Shown one piece after another: positions 11,308 through 22,640 of a stretch of 64,000 nucleotides of DNA. Below the pieces are notes generated by a model that was not told the origin of the DNA, did no database searches, and saw only the letters and a list, made by a program, of their open reading frames with translations. Source of the DNA: Tubulanus polymorphus (taxonomy: Eukaryota; Animalia; Nemertea); contig NC_134035.1 in assembly GCF_964204645.1 (NCBI RefSeq), positions 9,704,451 through 9,768,450 of the forward strand. The letters run 5' to 3'. Numbering within the stretch: the first letter of the stretch is position 1; the number at the start of each line of letters is the position of its first letter. The translations under genes were made by a program, and so were the position numbers.

Positions 11308-13078
11308 AGAGTAAGGTAACTCATAACAAACAATTCAGAATCTATGGCCCTCGATATTCTGTCATTTATTGCTTATGAAATTAAACGTATGATTTCTTTT
11401 TCAGAATTCAAGAATTGAAAGTATGTTTCAGCTGCTCATTGTATGTCAGGGGTGCAGAATGCCCAGATTATGTTAAAGGACGTGTAGTAGATTACGAATA
11501 CCTCATCAGTAATAACTGCCAAAAGGTTTGAATTTAATGTGGTGTCTTTGTATGATATATTTGAGGCCACAATTTCTAAACATACTTAATCCTGGTCTTA
11601 ATGAAATTGCTACCTTTGATATTAATGTACATACAGCTGCAAATATTCTACATGTATACTCAAAGCTTTTGCATGATTAATCTCATTGTGTTGCCAGAAT
11701 TTTCATGCCTTTAAATTTCTTACAGATGAGGGAATTACATGAATACATCCATGGTATCATCAGTGTGGATTTTCATGCGTAAGTTTCTCATTATTTGACA
11801 TCATCATGAATAATTGTACATAAGATCAGAATTGTGAAAATTCAATCTGCATTACATTTTACGGTAACGATATTTTATAAGAATGATGTTATATGCACAA
11901 GTACTTGTGTGTGTATGGTATATCTAAAAATTATCATATCTTTCGTTAATCTTAATTATAGTGATTTAGAAAAGTACTTGCGCGGTGAGCCTTTGTCAGA
12001 TATGCAACATGGAGCTGGTGTAACAAACCCAGACGTTCTTGGATTTATTTTTTCCTTTGTTCGAAGAGGAGTATCAAAGAAACTAAAAGTTCATCCAACG
12101 TAAGCTATATCCCCATCGTACTGTATATGATTTACTGATATCGATATTGCTATCACAATGTAAGTACATGTATGATAAAATAACCACTGAGAATGATCAG
12201 AACTTATGGGTATGGAATTCTTTACAAATTTTGCATAATTTATTTTTGCATCATGAACAAATCGTTGATAAATTTTTGCCCTGATTATTTGTTTCCTTTA
12301 ATTTGCAGTTATTATTTGACATATCCCAAGGTTACCTTACCGATAATGGCTAGTGAAAAAATGTTATCATTGATCCTTAGAGATAGAGTAAGGTATGTGT
12401 ATGTGTACATTCCCCTATGGTGTAATTAGTAATGGCAATGAGAAATAACTAACTGAATCATGTTTATGTGAGTCAGGTGGAGTCGGCTGTAACGTAGATG
12501 AGTGTAATATTGTTAACCTTCTTTCTTTTAGCCCAGAACGTATATCAAAGGCTTTGCAGATGCAAGCTACTGTATTCATAGTATCATCATATTTTGGAAT
12601 TTCACTGGATCTGGGGTATATCATATGCCGAGCTACTACAGGTAAATCTAGCTCTGAGCGCTTCAGAAACCTGAAATATTTTAAATTGGAGGACTTTGGT
12701 GTTAAACCAAGGCAGTCATAAGAACTTGCACTACATAGTAATGCTGAAAAAATGAGTGTTAATATGTAAACATTAATATTTTAGGTTGGTTGATTTTTAG
12801 TTTTAGGATAAAGTATGTAAGTACACATGATAGAGTAAAAGGTAAACTTTAGGAAAGTTTCTTTTGTTTTGGCTAGTTACAGTTTACCCTTTACTTTTAA
12901 CCTTCATAACCTGTGTATTTTATGTATCATACATTCTGCTTAATCTATCCTGCTTTCCTCATAACAAATGCACAAGAATAATATAGTTGGGCTTCTAAGC
13001 TTCTCTTTTTTTACTATTTATTGTAATAAATCTAATATCTAGAAATGGTGATAAATATATGTCGGATGATCAGTACTA

Positions 13079-13253
13079 CAGGAGATTCTGCCTAAACTGG
13101 TACAGTTGAGACAAATTTTTCCACCAAATTCGGGGGTTACTGGTTTAAAAAAGCGTGAAAATCAATGTACCAAACAGAAGACTTATCTTTATCTTACCGA
13201 ATTGAATCGGATTTGAATTGAATAATTGGTACCTTTTTGGGCGGAGTCTACTG
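13079..13253. mobile_element. TA-flanked Tc1/pogo(Tigger)-type MITE
   Basis: TA|CAGGAGATTCTGCCTAAA ... TTTGGGCGGAGTCTACTG|TA imperfect TIRs; related sequence near 26100-26173 and 39004-39183. Confidence 0.65.
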
Positions 13254-14837
13254 TACTAATACATACGTACTTGATAGGGAATGATTTACAAAAACTTGTT
13301 CTCCCTGTACCGATATATGGTTAAATATATTCAAATATCTTATTATTGTGTCTCCTTGTCTACCAGGACACTCTCAATCATTACGCTTTGGTTGCACTTG
13401 TTTTATGTCTTTCACTGGATTCAATGTTACATGTACGTAAGTATGTATGTATTTTATGTCTAATGTATAATGTATGTTTCATGGTGTGATTTCACTAAGG
13501 TTTGAAATCCATGTGCTTTGAAAAAAGATGCTGCAGGTCACCTGGAAATATTTCGTAACATACATAGAGCCCATCAGCACTCGCCCATTCTCAAATATTA
13601 GGTACACGCACTCCAATTTTCTTATACAGAACCCAGCACCTGGTAATATTTGTCAAGTGTTCAAGTGTTAAGCAGCACCCATCAGTAGCAAGTCAACTAT
13701 TTGTAATGTTGATATTTTGCGATATTGTCTAAAAAATTGTACCCTGTATATGGCGTTTGGGCGTCGGTTGTTCGGAGTTGACAGCATTTTGACAGTGAGT
13801 GGATATTAATTCATAAAAATAGTCTGTAAAGAATTTATTGAAACGGTCTTTGGATCGGCTGCAAACACCTATCAACGGAAGCAATTAATGAGGGGCCACT
13901 AGTTCTCACGTGTGTCGATCGACTTGACGCGCGATATGTCGACGGCGACTTGTTGAGTTGGAACGCGACAACTAGAGGCCTCTTGTCGCTTCGGTACCAC
14001 CTTGTGATTTTTATTCATTTCACCGTTTTATGGGCAATATTTTTTAGTTTTAATTTTTTGTGTAAGTGGACCAGGTGACCAGCTAGTTGCGTATTCAGAA
14101 TCTCTCTTGATTATTTGGTTGTATAATTTTCGTTGTTGTTACCGTGTAGCCTATATGCTTCGTGACTAAATTCTTAGGTAACAAATAAAGATCCTTTATA
14201 TAGAAATATATTTGAGCGTTTTTTGTTTCATTTTCTGTTGTGCATTATTCTTTCTTACAAAACTTTCAAAACTAATTTTTGCCTACATGCAGGAAGTGTG
14301 GATCATCCCTTATGAAACCTTTTCTTTTTAGTTCAAACATCTTTTTAATCCGGTCCTACTAAAAAGATTCAAGATCAAACATTAATATTATTCCGATTTA
14401 AGTATAGAGAAATTCTGATTATCAAACTCAATGATCTTTAGAGAGGGTTGCATGTAACACCGAAGAGTGTGACTTTAAACATTCATTACAATTAATTCCA
14501 AAAAAGAAAGATTATTAAACGTAACACCATTTAGATTTAAAAGTATAACTGAAGGACCATCTGGTAGTATCCCTTAATCCCAACTTCAAAATAGGAAATT
14601 AAAATGATACTCGATTCAGATTTTTCTGACTATAGTCGCGGATGCACTTCATGCTTTAATTTTCGGGCTGCAAAACGGTTTCATTTTGATTTTTGGATTG
14701 TTTGGAAATCTTTTAGATAATCCACCTATTAAAATCGAACAGGTTAAAAGCATCATTTCATAAACTTGAGCCACTGATCACACCCGAAATTTATATATGT
14801 ATCTGAAAGTACAGATTGTGTTTGTAGTACATATTCT

Positions 14838-14886
14838 GGGATTTGAACCTAGTAGCAATACTTTGCCTAAAACTGAGCTATTGAAG
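14838..14886 (-). mobile_element. tRNA-derived SINE head remnant
   Basis: On the minus strand: TAGCTCAGTT (A-box-like) ... GGTTCAAATCC (B box); no intact cloverleaf. Confidence 0.4.
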
Positions 14887-15099
14887 CCACCTGTGGCAAG
14901 AGAGGTACTACTCGGTGTCAGTTACCACATCGTGTGGCAGCTACTCGGTGTCAGTTGCTACATGGTGAGTGGATATACTGTTGTAAAACTGAGCTATTGA
15001 AGCCACCTGTGGCAAGAGAGGTACTACTCGGTGTCAGTTACCACATCGTGTGGCAGCTACTCGGTGTCAGTTGCTACATGGTGAGTGGATATACTGTTG
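14869..15099. repeat. Near-perfect 116-bp tandem duplication with internal CTACTCGGTGTCAGTT sub-repeats
   Basis: AAAACTGAGCTATTGAAGCC...GGATATACTGTTG at 14869 and 14985. Confidence 0.9.
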
Positions 15100-16148
15100 A
15101 CCGCGACCGGTGATATCTACATATGAAATGAATTGTTTCCACGCAACTGCAAGCTGAAAGGCGTACATCCCATCAAGGCATCAGTGTCCTGGTGATGACA
15201 GTGGTTCTACTCTTCGAAAGTTTTCTGGTAGGCCCAAACGATTGTACCTTTCTCTGAGAGTCTTGTTCGAATCCATTCAATTTCAATTCAAGCCCTAGTT
15301 AGTTACCTAATCAATCGTTGGTGGTAAGCTTTTTATAATCGGATGGGCTTATACCAACGTTAGGGATGACAAGGACCAAAACTCGGTTGAAAAAAGTAAC
15401 ACTTAAAAAATATACTTTCTATTCACTTCAGTTCACAATTAATGGCTTAATTCACAAACTTACACAGGTACCTTTCGAAATAATCCAATTCTATGTATGT
15501 TTCGAGTGGTTAATCAACATTATTTTGAGAAATTAATTAATTTCTCCACCAATTTCGCCATTGGCCGCCATTTCTCTGTATTGCACATGTGGCATGATAA
15601 GACAAGTGGACCTACAAGGATTTATATAAATCTTCCAGGACGAAACGACAATTTTTATTTTTGATGGTTTTCCAACTTATATTTCAAATCTTCGTGTTTT
15701 CCATAATGAAATGATAAATTCTGGTAAAAGAAAAATGTGAATAAGTGTTGATTTCTTAATTTTTTTCAATTTCGTCGTTTCGCTTCGTTAGTTTGTGCTG
15801 TTGTCCTGGCCTCAGTCCACAGGTGCCAGCACCTCCAGTAATTTTCAAAATGGCAGCTGTTGACCAGACGGAAATTTACTCTCACTTTACGGCCGATTTG
15901 CACATGGATTAAGATCGTCAGGTGAGGTGTTATAGGTATCAGACAAACTACGAATCTGTTGTGCGTCGATTACAACAAAAATTAGACGGATATCTTAAGA
16001 GACAATGAAATGCCAGGCAAATTACTCGTCAGTCAAATTGGCTGACGAAGATTTCATACAAAAATGACCTTCCCATTCCTGACTGTGGTTTGTGAAAATA
16101 TCCGATCGTGAAACTAAACCACAGACAGGTTACTGACTATTCAAGCCC

Positions 16149-16209
16149 TAGTCTGAATACCAGTCGTTGTTACGGTTCCGTACAGGAACAACGGCTAGGT
16201 ACTAGACTA
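16149..16209. mobile_element. 61-bp hairpin mini-MITE with 9-bp target duplication
   Basis: TAGTCT..TACC.AGTCGTTGTT / AACAACGGCT.GGTACTAGACTA inverted arms, flanked by TTCAAGCCC on both sides. Confidence 0.6.
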
Positions 16210-16820
16210 TTCAAGCCCCAGCAAGTAAGCAACAGCATAGATTTGATTGTTATGTTAATGTTGAATAGAAACGTGTTTTTTCTCGCAACCCTGCCCCCAA
16301 CGGCCACAGGGTCTGTCTATTTATTTAGTCAGTCTAGTCTGGTGGGTCGTGTGTATGCTTAAGACAAGACTCTCAAACCGGCCTAAACCACCAACTCAAG
16401 ACGCGTACACTCAAATAAATTTGCGATACACTTGCCAAAATTTTGGCAGCTCTTTCTCTCGCAGTGTCGGTACCGGTCAACCCGTACCCTACAGCTATTA
16501 TTGCGGACAATTTGTACGTAACGTATTTTTGTACGTGCATTTTGATATGCTTTTCACCAACCCCTCTATCTGAAAAACTTATTTTGGTTTTTGAAATAAG
16601 GCTATTTTTCCTGTTTGACATCGCGCAAAGCAAAAAAACATGAATTTTCGTTTTGTGACATCAGACCGATCAGATATACACGCGATAGGAGATATTTTCG
16701 ACGATGAAACTGTTTCTAATACAATTAAATTGAACATCATGTAAAATGATGCCCGGTTTGTTTAGCGATAGACGAGCGTCGCTCGCATTGTCTTGTTGCT
16801 AACGAACAATTTAGATGCCT

Positions 16821-16949
16821 GGGGCCAGTTGCTCAAAGGTTGGTTAGAATTTACCAGTGGATAGTTGACATAGTGGCGATTAAAACTTCATTGTTACTAT
16901 GGTATTTATCCATTGGTTTTCTTTAACCAACTTTTGAGCAACTGACCCC
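16821..16949. mobile_element. Palindromic MITE family (GGGGYCAGTTGCTCAAA TIR); second copy ~42003-42132
   Basis: GGGGCCAGTTGCTCAAAGGTTGGTTA ... TAACCAACTTTTGAGCAACTGACCCC; homologous copy downstream of LIN9. Confidence 0.75.
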
Positions 16950-17347
16950 TGCACTCTATTTATTAATGGATGGGACCTGTTTTTCTGGGATATTTTGCTT
17001 ACGTTTTCGGGTACAGTTCTGTACCAATAAATAGGGATTGCCAAACAGTCCCGTTTAATCAGGTTAGAGAGACCAGTAGGCCTACTGTTAAAATAGGCGC
17101 GGTCTTTTGTTATCAGTAGCCGATGGAATAGCTCACCAAACCCATGTATCTTGATCTTTCTTATCATTTCTATTCAACTTTGCTGTTTTGATGTTTTCAG
17201 CCACATGGTTACAGCGGTCTTATACATCTTAGACACATTACCCCTGGTTCTAAGTGTAGACGTGCGTAAGCTGTTGAAATGTCAATTAACATTTCTAATT
17301 TCATATTTCCAGCGTGTAATTCGATAGTCGAAAAAAGAAGGTCCCGA

Positions 17348-18466
17348 ATGAACTCCGCCAAAATGCAGTGGTTAACCGCAAAGAAAGTGATAGTCGTTAT
17401 GCTGCTGTTATTTTTCGTAGTCGCCGTGTCAGTGTTTCAATTCGCGAAGATATCCGTGCCGACCATGCCTCGGTTTCTCATACGCAACGTCCACCACCGC
17501 GAAGTGAACTTAACCGGCTTCAACAACCGGTCGTTCGGCAACACTCAGCTGTTACATAAATACTGCGACGACCACATGGTCAGTCTCGTGCCGCCCGGTT
17601 CGAGAAACGAAATCGAACTGTCCAACTTTCGAAAGCTGATGAAGACGTGGCCGATATCTGTCCCGAAAGCGGCCGTCATTCTGCTGATTGATAAAGCGGA
17701 AACGCGTATGAAAATGCTCAAACGTCTGCTACTGCAATACGAGACGAACTTCGCGGCGAAGTTCACCAACTATCCGATCATCCTGTTCCACGATAAGAAC
17801 TTTCCCGAAGATCTGAAGCTGAAAATACGCTCGTGGAGTAAAACGTTGCATATTTTTCTCTACCTCGTGTCGTTCGAGTATCCGAACTGTTTCGTGATAC
17901 GCGAGAACGTCGCCAAGGCGGCGCCGTGCAGCGGACACACGATCGGTTATCGCCACATGTGTCGGTTCATGATGCTGAAGATGTTTCACCAGGAGATCAT
18001 ACACGAAGTCGAGTATTACTGGCGCCTCGACACCGACTCGGAATTGCCGTCGCCGGTCGCGTACGACGTTTTCAAAAAGATGCGCGACGAAAACCTCGAA
18101 TACGCGTTCAAGTCGAAAACGTCGGAGCGCGCGTCGTGTATGCTCGGTTTGCGCGAGTCGACCGAGCGTTATGTCAAGCTCAACCATATCAAACCGACGT
18201 TCCTCGCGCAGTGGGGGAAGGTGGACATGTTCTATAACAACTTCGAAGTGTCGAAGATTAGTTTCTGGACGTCGGTCGAAGTGCAGAATTTTCTACGATA
18301 CATCGACGTGCTCGGAGGTGTTTATTATATTCGCTGGGGCGACGCGCCGATTAAGTCGTTGGCCGTAGCCGTTTTCATGGACAAAAGCAAAGTGCGTCAA
18401 TTCAACGAAATCGTTTACTACCATGCTGCTCATACAGATGTTAGAAATATAAAACTGCGCAGATAG
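17348..18466 (+). CDS. Glycosyltransferase family 15 (KRE2/MNT1/KTR-like alpha-1,2-mannosyltransferase), type II membrane protein, intron-free catalytic region
   Basis: N-terminal KKVIVVMLLLFFVVAVSVFQF anchor; GT15 motifs YPIILF, GYRHMCRF, YYWRLDTDS, YDVF..M, FYNNFEV....FW, YID..GG.Y..RWGDAPI.SLAV. Acceptor at 17312 suggests an upstream exon (~17201-17265, in frame), so the true start is uncertain. Confidence 0.9.
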   Translation: MNSAKMQWLTAKKVIVVMLLLFFVVAVSVFQFAKISVPTMPRFLIRNVHHREVNLTGFNNRSFGNTQLLHKYCDDHMVSLVPPGSRNEIELSNFRKLMKTWPISVPKAAVILLIDKAETRMKMLKRLLLQYETNFAAKFTNYPIILFHDKNFPEDLKLKIRSWSKTLHIFLYLVSFEYPNCFVIRENVAKAAPCSGHTIGYRHMCRFMMLKMFHQEIIHEVEYYWRLDTDSELPSPVAYDVFKKMRDENLEYAFKSKTSERASCMLGLRESTERYVKLNHIKPTFLAQWGKVDMFYNNFEVSKISFWTSVEVQNFLRYIDVLGGVYYIRWGDAPIKSLAVAVFMDKSKVRQFNEIVYYHAAHTDVRNIKLRR

Positions 18467-19157
18467 GGTTTCGATTGAATCGATGTAACGAAGGTTTAGG
18501 ATCAAAATCTTTTTATTCCAAGGCTCATAGCTGTCCTTGAAGGTCATGGAGTCATGGAATGGGTCAATTCAAGGCCTTGAAGGTCATGGAATGGCCTCTA
18601 GTACTCTTGAATCACGGTCATGGTTAAAAAATTCTACTTCAGTGTGTTGAAATAAAATGGGGTACAAAGCTTCAGTGGTCTACACTGCGGTGTTGTGTAT
18701 TTATTATTAGTTACTTATATTTCACTATGTTTGACAGTTGTTGCAATTGTTCAATAGAGATTTAAAACAAACTGATTATAAATGACATCAATACACTGCA
18801 CTGGTGCGCATTAACCGAAAGGGTTGATTGACCTCATATCAGTTTGGATTGAAATAAAAAAATTTAAAACTTTGTCAGCGTTCTTTACCAGCGCCTTAGA
18901 AAACGGGAGCAGAATGAGAGAATGTTTTAAGGCCTTGAATAGCCGCAAAATCCTTTCATGAAGGGTATTGAAAACTGAAGAATTGGCAGTAATCCACAAC
19001 CTAGTCTATGAATTTGTTTCCAATATTTTAACCCTTGATTAAGATTCTAACCTACAACTACAGGAATCTGGATATTCATAAGTTTATGTACTGTCTACTA
19101 TATTGCTATATTAACCTGTTAGCACTTTCGCTAGAATTTCACTATTTAGTGTCTATT

Positions 19158-19570
19158 CAGGGTTTACAGCGGTCCTTCCAAGTCCTTCTTTTGGAAAAAG
19201 TTTGAACAAACATCATCTTTGTCCTTCTTTTTGACTTTAAGTCTTTCCTTTTGATAAGAAAGTCCTTCCAAATTTGATTCTTATGTATTTTCGTGCGCAA
19301 TTTTGTCGCGAATTCGACTGTTGAAGTATTTTATTACTCAGGCCTGTTAATTCATCAGAAAGATTGAAACACAGGAAAGTGTTATGAAATTACCCTGAAA
19401 TTTATGACTGGTCTACTATTGTATTCCGGCAAAGGCATTGCGAAAATGCTCCGTTATGGGGCCTCATTTTACTGGAAAGTACCGCTTTCTGAGTCTTTTC
19501 GGGTCTAAAATGGCCGAAAATGTCCTTCTTAGCATTTCTTTTTACCCTGGCCTTACCACTGGAAACCCTG
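19158..19570. mobile_element. Non-autonomous DNA element with CAGGGTTT TIRs (hAT-like ends)
   Basis: CAGGGTTTACAGCGGT ... ACCACTGGAAACCCTG; internal AAGTCCTTC repeats. Confidence 0.5.
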
Positions 19571-20848
19571 ACTATTGCTGCACAGAAATCCACATTTATC
19601 GTTATTACGGAATTGTTCATTTCCAGTTGATTTTCATGTGACAAGTTGGTGTTATTTTGTAGTAAAAACACTGGGCTTTCATGTGACGTGAGATTTGATG
19701 AGGTGGGCCGCCAAAATCATGACCTTTTGACCATCAAATTTCATCCTGACCTACTTGAAGGGTACTTCCAGAATACAGTCAGTGCAATGAATTTTTGTTT
19801 TCCCAACTCGTCCTTGACTGACGGCAAACTTTTTCCGGTGTTAAAAATGTGTGCCTTGACCTGATTATTTATTTGAAATCTTAGAAAAACGTAGCAGAGA
19901 TTTCCCTTCTGCACTTGGATAGAACTGAGAGCGTTCTGGTCCGTCGTGTTCATACCCCAAATACTCGAGAATTTCAAATAGGAAGATGTTGATTTCTGTA
20001 CAGAATTTCGACGTCATGGATGTCTAGTTTATCCTAGTGCGATTCCTACTGCAACTAGTTTTGTTTAGCAGACGAAAAAAAGTCAGTCGATTTCGGGTGG
20101 CTTGATGAGTTAGGTTAGATCTCTTAAACTCCTGCTGACATGTACCGACAAATATAAGGCATGTAAAATCTTGTCCTACAGAGGTTCAAAAAGATAGAGC
20201 AGGCCATGATACAGTTAGAAACCTATAGCTTGATATTGTATAAATAAGGCGTCATTTTAAGAATATATATTTCCATAAACGCCACGCCAAACTTGGATAT
20301 GCATATTTATGTTCTGCGTACATTTACAATGTACTATTTATCATTCCTCTGAACATAATCATTCGCGCCTCAACGGTTTAATGCATTAGGGGAAACAGAA
20401 ATATATGTAGTATAATTTATTCATTCTTCTATTTTTTTAAAGTATTGTCGATTCACTGAATGATATTTTCTTGACCGTCCGCGTGATCGATGTTTGATTT
20501 ATTGTGTCTTTTACAATTAGTAAATAAAATCATAACTGCTTGTTCATATCAAAGAAAGTCTAAATTACTGGTTTAGTTGGTATGGTTCACTCTTTCAATG
20601 GTGAGAAGGCTACTCCACTCAAGGCAGCGGGCACTCGGCGGTGCAGACAGGAGTTTCCATGTTGTCTCTGAACACAATTCCCGTTCGGTGAACTTTAACA
20701 AAAGGTTCTTCATCGGAGGAAGACACGGATGTCATATGTTTCGGTGGCTTGATTTAATCGATGCCATGATACATAAAGTACATTGACCTATACCTCAGAG
20801 AAGAGGACAAACAAACTTAATGGTTGAATTGTACGTAGTGATTGAATA

Positions 20849-21002
20849 CGGTCGAACCCTCTATCCGGATAATGGTATAATCTGGACAATATTTGCAATC
20901 CATTTGTTCGTTAATACACAAGAAAACGACTTAATCCGGATTTCCTGTAAACCGTATGAATTTTGTTGGTCCCAAATGAGCCAAATTTAGCGGATTCTAC
21001 TG
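20849..21002. mobile_element. TA-flanked Tigger-like MITE; inverted homologue at 42670-42825
   Basis: TA|CGGTCGAACCC...CGGATTCTACTG|TA versus TA|CAGTAGAACCCGCTTAATTCGG...GCGGGTTTGACTG|TA; shared internal sequence. Confidence 0.7.
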
Positions 21003-22640
21003 TAAATATTGCCGATAATAATTTATCAAGTTAAGTAGCTCAGTGGTATTAAGCAGGGTGGCCACTGTTGTTTGACCTGCTTTTCCCCCTGACTGTTCTA
21101 CGAAATGCACGTTTTCCCTTGACTTGATCTGTTAAGAATTCAATCAAATACGGAAGACAAAAAATCTCCCTGATTTTTAACGTTTTAACAAAATTCCCTG
21201 ACTTATGAAGAAAAGAAAATTCCATGGATTTTCCTCGTGTTTTAGTAATATCAAATTTTCATGAAAAGTGGAATATACATGTACTATCTATTGCCATCTA
21301 TTCAAAGTATTCCCGACTGAAGTCAGTCAAACAGAAAAACTCGAAAATCCAATTCATTGCTTCAAAGACAAGAATAAACATCATATATTCACTGAAAGCT
21401 ATCATATATTATATCATCCTATAATTTAACGTCAACCATACAATCTGATTTGAACAAGCACTACTCTATAACATACCAGCAACATCTGAGACAGATTACG
21501 CAATAAATCATCGTTCTGCAATACGAAGCATTTTTGATTAAAACAGTGACCAACAGTTGCGGAGAGTTTCAAACATCCTGAGAAAGCTTAAAACTATTAC
21601 TGTAAGTATAGAGAAAAATTTCTTATTCTTAAACAATATGTTATTCATGATCAAGTATAGTATCATCTACTATTTCATTGAAAAATACAAAACCATAAAC
21701 TTCACAAGCTTTGTCAACTCACATAATCCGCAGTGGCAAAGCCTAATGATCTCAATGCATCAAATATGAATAAGTTTTTAACGATTTTTTGGGACATTGT
21801 GAGATACAAGTGTACGTTCTTCAAGATCTCTTGTTCCCATTATTTGGAAAAATTATCGTCTAGTAGCCTCCAACCCTGGATTCAGTGACTTGATCGGATG
21901 TAATCTTCAAAAAGAAATTCAATTGTTTTCCGAGTACCGTGGTTACAAAGACCTCGGATATTACCATTTTGTCGCCTAGTACCAACCTAGAATTTCGACC
22001 CAATAGGGCAATACCGATAATTTCATACATGATAAAACAAACTATTGGTTATATAACAAACAGATTTTCTGGTGCCCTGGAATTTGTTCTAACATGGTTC
22101 CACTGTAGTCGAGAAATGAATCTATAGAGAATCCCATGATAATAACGAAAAGATATAGAGTCTGAAAAATGTTACCACGAGAGCTAATAGTTTATTCTAA
22201 TACCGTAGTCATCTTCAGGAATATTGAGTTACTGAAATTATTACTGTGGTATTCTCTATAGATTATCGTCATAAATCGGATATAGTGTTTTATCGACGGT
22301 TTCGAGTAAGGAATGTCGATTAAAACGTTTCTTATTGAAAATCATATCATTGAAAACGTTTTCTTCTGTATTATCGCAATATAACGTGCAACGAAACGTG
22401 TAGCAGGTTTTGATGTTATTCATCAGATCAATACACTGTTCAATAAGAAGGCAACGATAAGCTCTTCACTCATTTCAAACAGATGAATCGATCAATCACT
22501 CGAAAAACTCGAATAAATTAGCAATTGCATTGTATCGTTCTATCAAGCACATTTTCAGTATCTACTACCGGTATATAATATCTCATCGCAATATGGCAGT
22601 TTTAACGGTCAGTATACGAATATGGCACATCATTTGTTCG

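Larger units (their letters stand above)
1..12103 (+). pseudogene. Spliced KDZ (Zisupton/HMGXB3-like) transposase gene fused to a Josephin-like protease, repeated acidic exons and 2 PHD fingers; 5' end outside window; disabled by a nonsense codon and an LTR insertion
   Basis: Phase-consistent exons: <1-96, 185-357, 492-627, 841-2354, 2457-2486, six repeat exons 2569-3466, short exons ~3637-3912, 4057-4139, 4355-4478, ~4549-4608, 4783-4853, 4950-5109, 5236-5291+11313-11315, 11405-11525, 11726-11778, 11962-12103. Translation has FWREVELEM, WSPWIGEKTRRS.LINTEYEK, SGGWAVGCCPHGVSYAIK..FRGESPRDYVDLL, ISICD, HYALYDWFH, EQEFS..YFLNKM, which match the HMGXB3-like KDZ transposase core as recalled. In-frame TAA at 537-539. 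No element termini were identified. Confidence 0.8.

Noticed and set aside
13079-13253. Right terminus of the KDZ element
   Set aside because: It is a self-contained TA-flanked MITE with relatives elsewhere in the window; the KDZ end could not be located without the left end.
17729-18187. 152-aa antisense ORF over the GT15 gene
   Set aside because: Shadow ORF caused by GC/CpG-rich codon usage; no recognisable motif.
20600-20740. Short minus-strand ORF (MTSVSSSDEEPFVKVHR...) downstream of GBE1
   Set aside because: About 38 codons, an in-frame stop just upstream, no clear splice link or homology.
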